NCBI GenBank assembly: GCA_964642725.1
Contig: CAZXQG010000002.1
Location: 101,551 to 133,550, forward strand
Source of the DNA: an uncultured Chitinophagaceae bacterium
GTDB lineage: Bacteria > Bacteroidota > Ignavibacteria > UBA10030 > UBA8401
DNA length: 32,000 bases
Reading direction: 5' to 3'
A program made the position numbers and the translations under genes. The number at the start of each line of letters is the position of its first letter. Position 1 is the stretch's first letter. The notes beneath the pieces were generated by a model that worked only from the letters and a program-made list of their open reading frames with translations, was not told the DNA's origin and ran no database searches. Of the stretch, positions 6,967-15,000 are shown piece after piece.

Positions 6967-7815
6967 ATGAATTCGACTTTCATCGGATATGTTCTTTTTG
7001 GAATTGCCGCCTACGTTCTTCTGATTGTCGGTGCGCAATCGGAGACAGTCGATGCGCTGCAAAAAGGATATATTCCGGACTCGCTGATTCACTACGTGCA
7101 TATTCCGGGTATTATTTTTGTTTTTTTTGGCGTGAGTTCTTCCATGCTCATTAGCTATAACTTCCGGGAATTGTTCGGGGCCGCCCGTTCATTGTATTTC
7201 GTGTACATAAAGAACAAGTTGAATTTTTCAACGTACCTGGAAACAATAAAAGATATTGCTCAATATTCCAATACGCATGACATTGAGTCGCTCGAAGATT
7301 ATGCAAATCAAATACGGTACCCGTTCCTGCGCGACGGGGTATTGATGCTCGTCAATGGATATAAGAAGGAAGAAATTAAAGAAATTCTTGATGCCCGGAT
7401 AGATAATGAATCGCAGCGCGAGTTTTCTGACGTCAACGTTTTTAGAGCCGCTGCACGCTACTCACCCGGGTACGGCATGCTTGGAACCACGGTCGGATTG
7501 ATTCAAATGTTTTCGACGAAGATCGACGCCGCCGCGGGCTTCGGGCCGATTCTGCAGGCGCTGGCAGTGGCGTTTACGACGACATTATACGGCCTGTTCC
7601 TTTCCAATTTTATTTTTGCCCCGTTTGCAGACAAGATCGAGAAACGGACAGATGAAGAAGCCCTTCTCAAGAGCATGATTGTTGAAGGCTTATGTCTTAT
7701 CAAAGACAAGAGACATCCCGTTTTCATTCAAGACAAGCTTTCGTCCTATATTCCGCAGAGTCGTGCGCTCTCGGTTCCGGCGGTCTCGCAACTCTCCCCT
7801 GAAAGCGGAGGATGA
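6967..7815 (+). CDS. motA: flagellar-type stator protein MotA/PomA family
   Basis: 282 aa with a 4-TM MotA layout: two N-terminal TMs, a cytoplasmic loop of roughly 100 aa containing PFLRDGVLMLVNGYKKEEIKEILD, then SPGYGMLGTTVGLIQMF and ALAVAFTTTLYGLFLSNFIFAPFADKI (both conserved Pro positions are present). GAAAGG lies upstream of the ATG. Confidence 0.9.
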   Translation: MNSTFIGYVLFGIAAYVLLIVGAQSETVDALQKGYIPDSLIHYVHIPGIIFVFFGVSSSMLISYNFRELFGAARSLYFVYIKNKLNFSTYLETIKDIAQYSNTHDIESLEDYANQIRYPFLRDGVLMLVNGYKKEEIKEILDARIDNESQREFSDVNVFRAAARYSPGYGMLGTTVGLIQMFSTKIDAAAGFGPILQALAVAFTTTLYGLFLSNFIFAPFADKIEKRTDEEALLKSMIVEGLCLIKDKRHPVFIQDKLSSYIPQSRALSVPAVSQLSPESGG

Positions 7816-8489
7816 TGATGGTAAGAAGACGGATTAGGCGAAGAGCAGATGAGCAGCATTGGCAGGTCAGTTATATTGACTTGCTGACTGCTATGCTCGC
7901 TTCTTTTACACTGTTGCTATCGCTTTCGATTCCCGATCAGTCCAAACTCGATAGTCTTGCATCTTCAGTGACCGAAGCTGCAAAGCAGCAGGCAAACTTG
8001 GGCACCCTCTCAAAAGAACTGTTGTCAACTATTGAAAAAAATTCTTCCCTGAAAGGACAAGTTAATGTCGTCATGACGGACGCGGGCATCGAGTTGCGTT
8101 TCGGCAGCAATTTGCTCTTCCCCCCGGGGAAAGCCGCGTTGCGGCCGGAAGGTTATGACGCAATTTTCAGCATCGGCAAAATACTCGGGTATTTCGTCAA
8201 GGCGCGGAACGCGTTCATTTCCGTGGAAGGGCATACGGACGATACACCTCTTCGGAGCACCGTTGAATTTCGATCGAACTGGGAATTGTCTTCAGCGAGA
8301 GCGACAGAAGTTGTTCACTATTTGCAGGATACCGTATCGATTGAAGGTAAACGCCTCTCAAGCACGGGGTTTGCCGACGCCCGTCCGCAGAACAAAGACA
8401 AAGACCCTGTAACCGGCCAATTCACCGAAAAAGCACGCAACGACAATCGGCGTGTCGTCATCCGGATCTACTACCACAGCGACGTGTAG
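7812..8489 (+). CDS. motB: flagellar-type stator protein MotB (OmpA-like peptidoglycan-binding C-terminus)
   Basis: 225 aa. An ATGA overlap joins it to motA. The TM segment WQVSYIDLLTAMLASFTLLL carries the conserved channel Asp (codon 7878-7880). The OmpA-like block is NWELSSARATEVVHYL ... GFADARP ... NRRVVI. Confidence 0.9.
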   Translation: MMMVRRRIRRRADEQHWQVSYIDLLTAMLASFTLLLSLSIPDQSKLDSLASSVTEAAKQQANLGTLSKELLSTIEKNSSLKGQVNVVMTDAGIELRFGSNLLFPPGKAALRPEGYDAIFSIGKILGYFVKARNAFISVEGHTDDTPLRSTVEFRSNWELSSARATEVVHYLQDTVSIEGKRLSSTGFADARPQNKDKDPVTGQFTEKARNDNRRVVIRIYYHSDV

Positions 8490-8527
8490 CGCTCGAATTT
8501 GTTATCTCAAACATTCTCGGAACAAAT

Positions 8528-10345
8528 ATGAAAACCCGATTGACAAGGATTATTCTTCTGCTTGTTGTATTTTTGCAGGCGAGGCTTTTTGCCGTCGATC
8601 TCGAGCTTGAAAAAAAGAAAATGGAACGAGACTTGGAGGATCGGATTTCGATGGAAATCCGCCGCTATTTTTCAGACCTCAACTTTCTCGTTACCGCGGA
8701 AGTAACGCTTGTGGATTTGTCAGCACCGGCAAAGAAAGATAAGGGCGAAAATAGGGATTTTCTTCTTCCGGGAGTATCCGGCTTTCAGTCGCAATCTCAG
8801 AATGGAGATGAATCCGAGAGGCCGCAAATTGGCGTCGAGTCTGTCATCATTAAGATGCTCATCGATAAAAATAGAACGCCTGAAGAAAGAGACTTGCTGA
8901 CGAACATCGCTTTTTATACGGGCAAATTGAACAAGGTGCGGGGAGACAGGGTCGATTTGCAGGAGATGTCATTTCCCGCCAGCACTCTTCAGATACAGCG
9001 GGAACAACAAAAGGCCGAACAAGAAAAACAGATCCAGGAGCTTGAAAAGGAAAGGCAAGATGCTGAGTTGAGGGCTGCACAGAAATCCGGCAACGATTCG
9101 ACATCGGCAAGGCAGCAGGAATCATTTCTCAATACGACCTCATTGCTGCTGATCGCGCTTGGTCTCTTAATTGTGGTTCTCATCGTCGTACTTCTTATGA
9201 GAGGGAAGAAGCAAGAGGCTGCTGAAGGTCAGATGCCGGTGCAGCAGATGATGCAGGGAGAAGAGAATCAGATTTCTACTGGACGACAAGCGGTTGTCGA
9301 CTCGAATGCCGATTATCAAGAGGCAATCGAAGTCGATAAAGTACGGTCAAATCTTATCGTAACGTGTGCCGGCGAATCGGACCTGACATCGCACGTCATC
9401 CGGGATATGATCGCCGACGCAAATCAAAAAGACAGGCTGACCGTCATCATAGGTCAACTTGGCAAGAATGTATTGCAAGTCATGCGCGACCATTTCTCGA
9501 TCGAAGAAATGAAAGCTCTTCAGACACTTACGCTGGATAGACAAGAACGGACTCTCGCAGAAACCCGGGAAGCTTTGACTTTTTTCCAAAATCAACTTGC
9601 AGTAAAAAGGTTTTCAGAGGCCGGAAATGCAAAACAAAGTCCGTTTGCCTTTCTTGAAAAATTGTCCGAGCCCCAGCTGTATTTACTGATGAAAGACGAA
9701 CCGCCGGGAATTATCGCAATTATCCTATCCCAGCTTGCGACTCCGATTGCAAGCTCCATGCTGAAAAACCTCCCGTCAATGCAGCAGGGGGAAGTGGCGT
9801 TGGAGTTGGGAAAATTACGGCGGCTCACCTCGGATACCTACGTTTCGGTTGCAAAACAGTTGGCTGCAAAAGCTGCTACGATTCCGGTAATTAATAATGT
9901 TCAGGTTCAGGGGACCGACTTATTGTTGGATATCTTCGACAACATAGATGAAACGTCGGAATCTTCGATTATTGAATTCATCAAAGTAGTCAATCTTGAT
10001 TTGTATAGGGAAATCACGAGCCAACGGGTTTCGTTCAACGCAATCAATCACTTGGACGAAAGAGTGCTTCGTCAGATTGTCAAGGATATTTCTGGAGACG
10101 AGATTGCGATCGCTTTGAAGAATGCCCCGCCTGAAATATCCGAGCGATTCCTCTCGGTGCTTCCTTCGAAATCCCGCATCATTCTCGAAGACAGGCTCAC
10201 TTCAATGAAGGCAGTATCTCCCGATGACGAGTTGAAGGCGCGGAGAAGAATTACAAGAATGGTGAGGCAATATATCAAGGCGGGCGGCGTGCAAGCTTCA
10301 GCATTAGAAACGGGAGAAGAGACTGAAGAAGCTCAGATTCAATAA
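8528..10345 (+). CDS. membrane-anchored FliG-like protein: FliF-like (RBM + TM) N-terminal module fused to FliG N/M/C domains
   Basis: 605 aa. Residues 1-23 form a signal peptide or TM. Residues 33-148 are RBM-like (ERDLEDRISMEIRRYF..VTAEVTL; IGVESVIIKMLID..RGDRVDLQEM). Residues 155-185 form a Glu/Gln/Lys coiled coil. A TM spans residues 204-224 and is followed by RGKK. Residues 300-590 align by eye with FliG: EPPGIIAIILSQL..LKNLPSMQQGEV against the EHPQTIALILS..LP..Q.EV block, and LDERVLRQIVKDISGDEIAIALKNAPPEISERFLSVLPSKSRIILEDRL against the FliG_C torque-helix region. Confidence 0.8.
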   Translation: MKTRLTRIILLLVVFLQARLFAVDLELEKKKMERDLEDRISMEIRRYFSDLNFLVTAEVTLVDLSAPAKKDKGENRDFLLPGVSGFQSQSQNGDESERPQIGVESVIIKMLIDKNRTPEERDLLTNIAFYTGKLNKVRGDRVDLQEMSFPASTLQIQREQQKAEQEKQIQELEKERQDAELRAAQKSGNDSTSARQQESFLNTTSLLLIALGLLIVVLIVVLLMRGKKQEAAEGQMPVQQMMQGEENQISTGRQAVVDSNADYQEAIEVDKVRSNLIVTCAGESDLTSHVIRDMIADANQKDRLTVIIGQLGKNVLQVMRDHFSIEEMKALQTLTLDRQERTLAETREALTFFQNQLAVKRFSEAGNAKQSPFAFLEKLSEPQLYLLMKDEPPGIIAIILSQLATPIASSMLKNLPSMQQGEVALELGKLRRLTSDTYVSVAKQLAAKAATIPVINNVQVQGTDLLLDIFDNIDETSESSIIEFIKVVNLDLYREITSQRVSFNAINHLDERVLRQIVKDISGDEIAIALKNAPPEISERFLSVLPSKSRIILEDRLTSMKAVSPDDELKARRRITRMVRQYIKAGGVQASALETGEETEEAQIQ

Positions 10346-10367
10346 GTGCAAGACCAATCACATGTGA

Positions 10368-10402
10368 GAGGAGCGCTTTAAAGAAAGTGCTCCTCTTTTT
10401 TT
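10368..10402 (+). terminator. Rho-independent terminator of the motor operon
   Basis: GAGGAGCGC (10368-10376) pairs with GTGCTCCTC (10387-10395) as a 9-bp stem with one G-U and a 10-nt loop, followed by T7 (10396-10402). It begins 23 nt after the stop codon. Confidence 0.7.
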
Positions 10403-10443
10403 GGGAAATTATTTCACGCTCTTCGCTGTTAAGACTATAACAA

Positions 10444-11511
10444 ATGAATACCGTAGGCACACAGTTGCCGGATACACTGTTCCGGCTCCCATTGCATGAT
10501 TATTACGAGCGCTCCCATGTTCCATTGGTTGAGCGGGATGGGTGGTTATTGCCTGGCCATTTTCGCGCGATGGAAGAGGAAATGACCTTGCTTGAGCGCA
10601 ACGATGCTCTTGTTGATTTTTCCGACCACGGGCTTCTCCGTTTAGAAGGAAAAGATTCGGTCGATTTTCTCAATCGAATTTCCACTAATGATTTTAGGAA
10701 TTTTCACGCCGGAGATTCTGGTCAAACGATACTGACGACCGAAAAGGGGAGAGTCATTGATTCGATTGTGGTCGTACACCGGCAAGATCATTTATTGTTG
10801 ATCGCGAGCCGCAGAGCACAGGATAGCGTCAGACAATGGATCGAGAAATTTATTATAGCGGAGGATGTGAGAGTAATTGATCAAACGGGAAACCATATTC
10901 TTTTTGCCGATTTCCTTCCGCAGCGTATTTTGGCACCCTCCGGCGAAGAGAGCGCATGCACCGCCTTTCGGGTGAAATATTTTGATGTTGACATTGCAAT
11001 GTACTATTGTGAGTCAGGGACTGAAGTTCCGGAGATAATTCGGCCGTTGATGGTCAATCAGGTCGGAAATGATGCGTTCGAGCTTTTCTGCGTGCAGCGG
11101 GGTATTCCGCAATTCTGGAATGAAATTATGCGAGAGTTCAATCCTCTTGAATTAAACCTCTGGAATCAGATCAGTTTTAATAAAGGCTGCTATATTGGCC
11201 AAGAAGTTATAGCAAGGCTTGATACGTACAAAAGAATTCAACGAACGCTGTGCAGAATTCGCGCCGAAGGCCGCCTTCTTCCCGATAAGGAATACCGCTT
11301 ACAGGTCGAGACTAAAGAGATTGGCATGATAGTGCGCTTGGCCCGTGATAGTAAGGGCACCAATAGTTTTCTCGGGCTTGCAGTGATTAGAAAAGAATTC
11401 GCCAAACTTGGGGCAAAAATTTCCGTTGCCGATAATCCGATATCGATCGTCGTTGAGCATATCTTTGAACCGAATGGAATTCTGAATGGAAACAATAACC
11501 ACACTCGCTGA
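10444..11511 (+). CDS. ygfZ: folate-binding YgfZ/GcvT-like protein (Fe-S cluster repair / tRNA-modification associated)
   Basis: 355 aa with LLRLEGKDSVDFLNRISTNDF and the YgfZ signature NKGCYIGQEVIARL. Confidence 0.85.
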   Translation: MNTVGTQLPDTLFRLPLHDYYERSHVPLVERDGWLLPGHFRAMEEEMTLLERNDALVDFSDHGLLRLEGKDSVDFLNRISTNDFRNFHAGDSGQTILTTEKGRVIDSIVVVHRQDHLLLIASRRAQDSVRQWIEKFIIAEDVRVIDQTGNHILFADFLPQRILAPSGEESACTAFRVKYFDVDIAMYYCESGTEVPEIIRPLMVNQVGNDAFELFCVQRGIPQFWNEIMREFNPLELNLWNQISFNKGCYIGQEVIARLDTYKRIQRTLCRIRAEGRLLPDKEYRLQVETKEIGMIVRLARDSKGTNSFLGLAVIRKEFAKLGAKISVADNPISIVVEHIFEPNGILNGNNNHTR

Positions 11512-11980
11512 AGGAAAACGGAAAAAATACGAAGAATTGCTGCCTCAGCTTGCAGCGCTCGTCAGCGATGAATCCGACCTCGTGGCGAACCTGGCAAATG
11601 TCAGCGCTGCTCTGAAAGCGACGTTTCCGCTCTATTCATGGGTCGGTTTCTATCGAATGGAAAAGGGCGAATTGGTGCTTGGTCCTTTTCAAGGAAAGGT
11701 CGCCTGTGTCCGAATTAAAATAGGGAGCGGTGTGTGCGGAACCGCAGCGAAGGAAAGAAAAACGATCATCGTTCCCGATGTGAGCGGCTTTTCGGGGCAC
11801 ATTGCGTGCGACCCTGAGTCAAAATCGGAGATTGTAGTTCCGGTGATGCTTGATGGACGGTTTTTTGGCGTCATCGATGTCGATAGCAACAGGATAAATA
11901 CATTTGACAGGATAGATAAGGTCAATCTGGAGAAGGTAGCAAAGATCATCGCTCAAAAGTTCATCCAATCATTGTCATAG
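11486..11980 (+). CDS. msrC: GAF-domain free methionine-(R)-sulfoxide reductase (YebR/MsrC family)
   Basis: 164 aa. WVGFYRMEKGELVLGPFQGKVACVRIKIGSGVCGTAA ... GHIACDPESKSEIVVPV is nearly collinear with E. coli YebR. The start overlaps the end of ygfZ by 26 nt. Confidence 0.85.
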   Translation: METITTLAEGKRKKYEELLPQLAALVSDESDLVANLANVSAALKATFPLYSWVGFYRMEKGELVLGPFQGKVACVRIKIGSGVCGTAAKERKTIIVPDVSGFSGHIACDPESKSEIVVPVMLDGRFFGVIDVDSNRINTFDRIDKVNLEKVAKIIAQKFIQSLS

Positions 11981-11988
11981 AACAAATC

Positions 11989-12840
11989 GTGGCGAAAAAA
12001 CAAAAAAAGCTCCTTCATCCTTTACGAGCATACAAGAATCCTCAGTTTTTGAACAGTAAGGATGCGCGCCCGATCCGAATACTCTCAGAATTTCTGGAAC
12101 CATTGAGCAGATTCAATTACTATCGCATTAAAGACATCATTGTATTTTTTGGATCAGCGCGGATACAATCGCCGTCCTCAGCTCGAAAAAGACTTGCAGC
12201 AGTAAAGGTGAAACTAAAAGGAAGGAAGAAGATAAATCCTAACCTTACTGAAGAATACAGAAAGGCGACAATTGCTGTAGAGATGTCGGCTTACTATAAA
12301 GATGCCGAGACTCTTGCATACCTTTTAACTAAATGGTCGCAGTCGTTAAAGGAAAGGAATCGCTTTGTTGTCTGCACGGGGGGAGGGCCAGGGATCATGG
12401 AAGGGGCAAATAAAGGCGCCTTGATGGCAAAAGGAAGGTCTATAGGACTAAACATTGGTTTGCCCCTTGAACAGTATCCTAATAAGTACATTTCACCTGA
12501 GTTAAATTTTGAATTCCACTATTTCTTCATGCGTAAATACTGGTTCATGTATCTCGGAAAAGCATTGGTTGCATTCCCCGGAGGCTTCGGAACCTTGGAC
12601 GAGTTAATGGAACTGCTCACATTGCTTCAGACAAGAAAAATCAAAAAGAAAATGACGGTCATCCTCTATGGTAAAAAATTCTGGGAGCATGTCGTGAATT
12701 TTTCGCTTCTTGAAGATTATGGAATGATTAGTGGTGGTGATTTTGAATTATTTAAGTTTGCGGATACGCCACAAGAGGCATTCGAAATCCTCAGGAACGG
12801 ATTAACGAAGAACTATCTTCAACATCATGTTTGGAAATAA
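11989..12840 (+). CDS. LOG / TIGR00730-family Rossmann-fold nucleotide-binding protein
   Basis: 283 aa with a GTG start. Motifs are GGGPGIMEGANKGA and PGGFGTLDELMELLTLLQ. Confidence 0.85.
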   Translation: MAKKQKKLLHPLRAYKNPQFLNSKDARPIRILSEFLEPLSRFNYYRIKDIIVFFGSARIQSPSSARKRLAAVKVKLKGRKKINPNLTEEYRKATIAVEMSAYYKDAETLAYLLTKWSQSLKERNRFVVCTGGGPGIMEGANKGALMAKGRSIGLNIGLPLEQYPNKYISPELNFEFHYFFMRKYWFMYLGKALVAFPGGFGTLDELMELLTLLQTRKIKKKMTVILYGKKFWEHVVNFSLLEDYGMISGGDFELFKFADTPQEAFEILRNGLTKNYLQHHVWK

Positions 12841-12846
12841 GAGACT

Positions 12847-13707
12847 ATGAAACAACTTGATGAGGATTCTATAAACAGGTTAAAATCATTGATTTATCTT
12901 CTTGATGATGAAGATGATTCTATTTATTCTATTGCGAAACATCATTTGTTGCAGACTGGTGAAGAAGCCTTACCAGTACTCGAAGGATATTTTCAAACTG
13001 ACGACTCCCTTATGCAGCATCGGATAAGAGAGGTTTATGAAGCCATCTCTCAGACTACCTTCAAGGATCAATTCCGGTTATTTTGTGAAAAATACAGAGG
13101 AGATCTTGATTTGGAAGAAGGGGTTTTCCTGATCGCGAAACATGGTTTCCCGAGCGTCGAAATGCATATGTATTCGGACTTATTAAATTTCTTTGCTTCG
13201 GAATTCCAGTCCAGACTTGATCCATCAGATGCTCCCGAGGAAATTGCCGGAAAGATAGGGAATTACTTTTCAGTTGAAAAAAGGTTTTCCGGAAAAGAAG
13301 CAGATTATTACAATACGGACAACCATTATATCCATAAAGTCATCGAGACAAAAAGGGGAGTTCCGATTGCCCTCTCGGTAATTTATATGTTTGTGCTGCG
13401 TAGACTAAATTTTCCTGTTCAAGGAATCGGAATGCCTGGACATTTTATTGTTAAGTATGAGTTTGGATCGAAGCCGCTATTTGCGGATCCGTTTAACGCT
13501 GGAAGTATTCTCTCAATTGATGATTGCAGAAGATCTTTGCTTAAATTAGGATATGCCTTTAAAGATGAATATCTTGAGCCGGTCACCAATCGGCAAATTC
13601 TAGAACGAATGCTGCGTAACTTGGTGTTAGTTTTTGAAAAGCAAAACCAATCGATGAAAATGCAATCATTATTGCAGTGTATTGATATATTGAACAGAAA
13701 TGTCTAA
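12847..13707 (+). CDS. transglutaminase-like / SirB1 (YchA)-like protein
   Basis: 286 aa. RGVPIALSVIYMFVLRRLNFPVQGIGMPGHFIVKYE matches the SirB1/YchA core (recalled from memory). Confidence 0.7.
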   Translation: MKQLDEDSINRLKSLIYLLDDEDDSIYSIAKHHLLQTGEEALPVLEGYFQTDDSLMQHRIREVYEAISQTTFKDQFRLFCEKYRGDLDLEEGVFLIAKHGFPSVEMHMYSDLLNFFASEFQSRLDPSDAPEEIAGKIGNYFSVEKRFSGKEADYYNTDNHYIHKVIETKRGVPIALSVIYMFVLRRLNFPVQGIGMPGHFIVKYEFGSKPLFADPFNAGSILSIDDCRRSLLKLGYAFKDEYLEPVTNRQILERMLRNLVLVFEKQNQSMKMQSLLQCIDILNRNV

Positions 13708-13710
13708 ATT
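13682..13710 (+). promoter_or_regulatory. promoter candidate for ssrA
   Basis: TTGATA (13682-13687), a 17-nt spacer, then TAAATT (13705-13710). The predicted tmRNA 5' end at 13718 lies 8 nt downstream. Confidence 0.4.
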
Positions 13711-13717
13711 GGGAGAA

Positions 13718-14085
13718 GGGGGTGAATGGTCTCGACGGGGTTGAAGATGGTTAGACAGAAGCATACCGTGCTCTCCGAGTCGCACGTTAATAAAGCGGAA
13801 CCAACTTAAGTGCAGACTACAACTACGCACTCGCTGCTTAACTAAACATTAACAGCGCATCTTCATGAAGCTCTACCTGACTAGTTTCATGCAAGGTGTC
13901 GACTTCAGTCGGGCGTGCTAATATCAACGCTGGAGCGATATTAGTGAAGATCGATGCCAGATAGCTTCGGGATTGGTGAGTTCATCCAACCGGCTCGAGG
14001 CGAATGTTCACGAGATGGACTGAGTATGGAGAAGGTCTAATGGTCATCACTCCGGACCGGGGTTCGAATCCCCGCACCTCCACTA
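13718..14085 (+). ncRNA. ssrA: tmRNA (SsrA)
   Basis: The 5' end is GGGGGTGAATGGTCTCGACGGGG. The 3' end is GGGGTTCGAATCCCCG CACCTCC A CTA. The acceptor stem GGGGGTG/CACCTCC has the G3-U pair. The internal tag reading frame at 13797-13841 encodes GTNLSADYNYALAA followed by a stop codon; the resume codon is uncertain. Confidence 0.9.
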
Positions 14086-14118
14086 TGACTGATTTCTGCA
14101 AAATGCTTTGTGAGTTTC

Positions 14119-15000
14119 ATGACTCAGGAAGACGTCCGCTGTATTGACTTTACGAAAATGTCTGGAGCAGGCAACGACTTTGTTGTCATGGACAACCGCA
14201 GACGCATCGTTTCTGACCCGAGTACATTTGCACGGGTCGTTTGTGACCGGCGGAAGGGGATTGGTGCCGATGGTTTGTTGCTCATTGAAGAGAGCAGTAA
14301 AGCTGATTTCCTGATGAAATACTTCAATTCGGACGGCAGCTATGGAGGAATGTGCGGCAACGGCGGAAGGTGCATCAGCAGGTTTGCGTACCTCAAGCAA
14401 ATTGTTCCTAGTCCAGAGATCAGTTTTGAAGCACTGGAGCATATTTACACTGCTTCTGTGTCGGAAAAAATGGTCACATTAAAAATGAAGGAGCCTGCCG
14501 ATTTTCGGATAAACCAGGAACTCCGTATTTCTGATTTGAGTATACATTTCCATTTTGTGAATTCTGGATCTCCTCACTGTGTCATTTTTCTCGAGGAGAA
14601 CAAGGACTTACCAAAGCGCCTCGAAGAAGTTGACGTGGACGGGCTCGGAAGAAAAATCCGGAATCATGATTTCTTTTTCCCTGAAGGAGCAAATATAAAT
14701 TTTGTTGACGACAACTCCTCAAGTATTTTTTTTACAAGGACATATGAGCGAGGAGTTGAAGCAGAAACTCTGGCTTGTGGGACAGGATCGGTGGCTGTTG
14801 CGTTGATTGCTAATCGGGTCAAGAATTCACCGTCGCCGATAACACTTGGTGTTCGAAGCGGCGAGTTCTTGAGTGTGAAATTCAAGAAAACAGGAATCGG
14901 GCTTTATCAGGAAGTCTGCTTAACCGGAAGTGCGCATATGATTTTTAGCGGTGTAATTAAATACGAATATTCTACTCAGTCCATCGTCGATATCCTTTAG
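14119..15000 (+). CDS. dapF: diaminopimelate epimerase
   Basis: Motifs are KMSGAGNDFVVMDN, FNSDGSYGGMCGNGGRC, NSGSPHCVIF and ACGTGSVA (both catalytic Cys blocks). I prefer ATG 14119 over the track GTG at 14110. Confidence 0.9.
   Translation: MTQEDVRCIDFTKMSGAGNDFVVMDNRRRIVSDPSTFARVVCDRRKGIGADGLLLIEESSKADFLMKYFNSDGSYGGMCGNGGRCISRFAYLKQIVPSPEISFEALEHIYTASVSEKMVTLKMKEPADFRINQELRISDLSIHFHFVNSGSPHCVIFLEENKDLPKRLEEVDVDGLGRKIRNHDFFFPEGANINFVDDNSSSIFFTRTYERGVEAETLACGTGSVAVALIANRVKNSPSPITLGVRSGEFLSVKFKKTGIGLYQEVCLTGSAHMIFSGVIKYEYSTQSIVDIL

Noticed and set aside
6967-8489. MotA/MotB homologues as a Zorya (ZorAB) anti-phage system
   Set aside because: ZorA proteins carry a long C-terminal coiled-coil tail and are accompanied by ZorC/D, ZorE or ZorF/G. 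Here MotA is of canonical length (282 aa) with a short tail, and the neighbours are FliG-like, TPR and OM proteins with no nuclease or helicase.
8528-10345. The 605-aa protein as a TolA/TonB-like energy transducer, because of the EQQKAEQEKQIQELEKERQDAELRAAQ stretch
   Set aside because: The coiled coil is short. The partner proteins are 4-TM MotA and OmpA-domain MotB rather than 3-TM TolQ/ExbB and TolR/ExbD. The large cytoplasmic domain aligns with FliG, which TolA and TonB lack.
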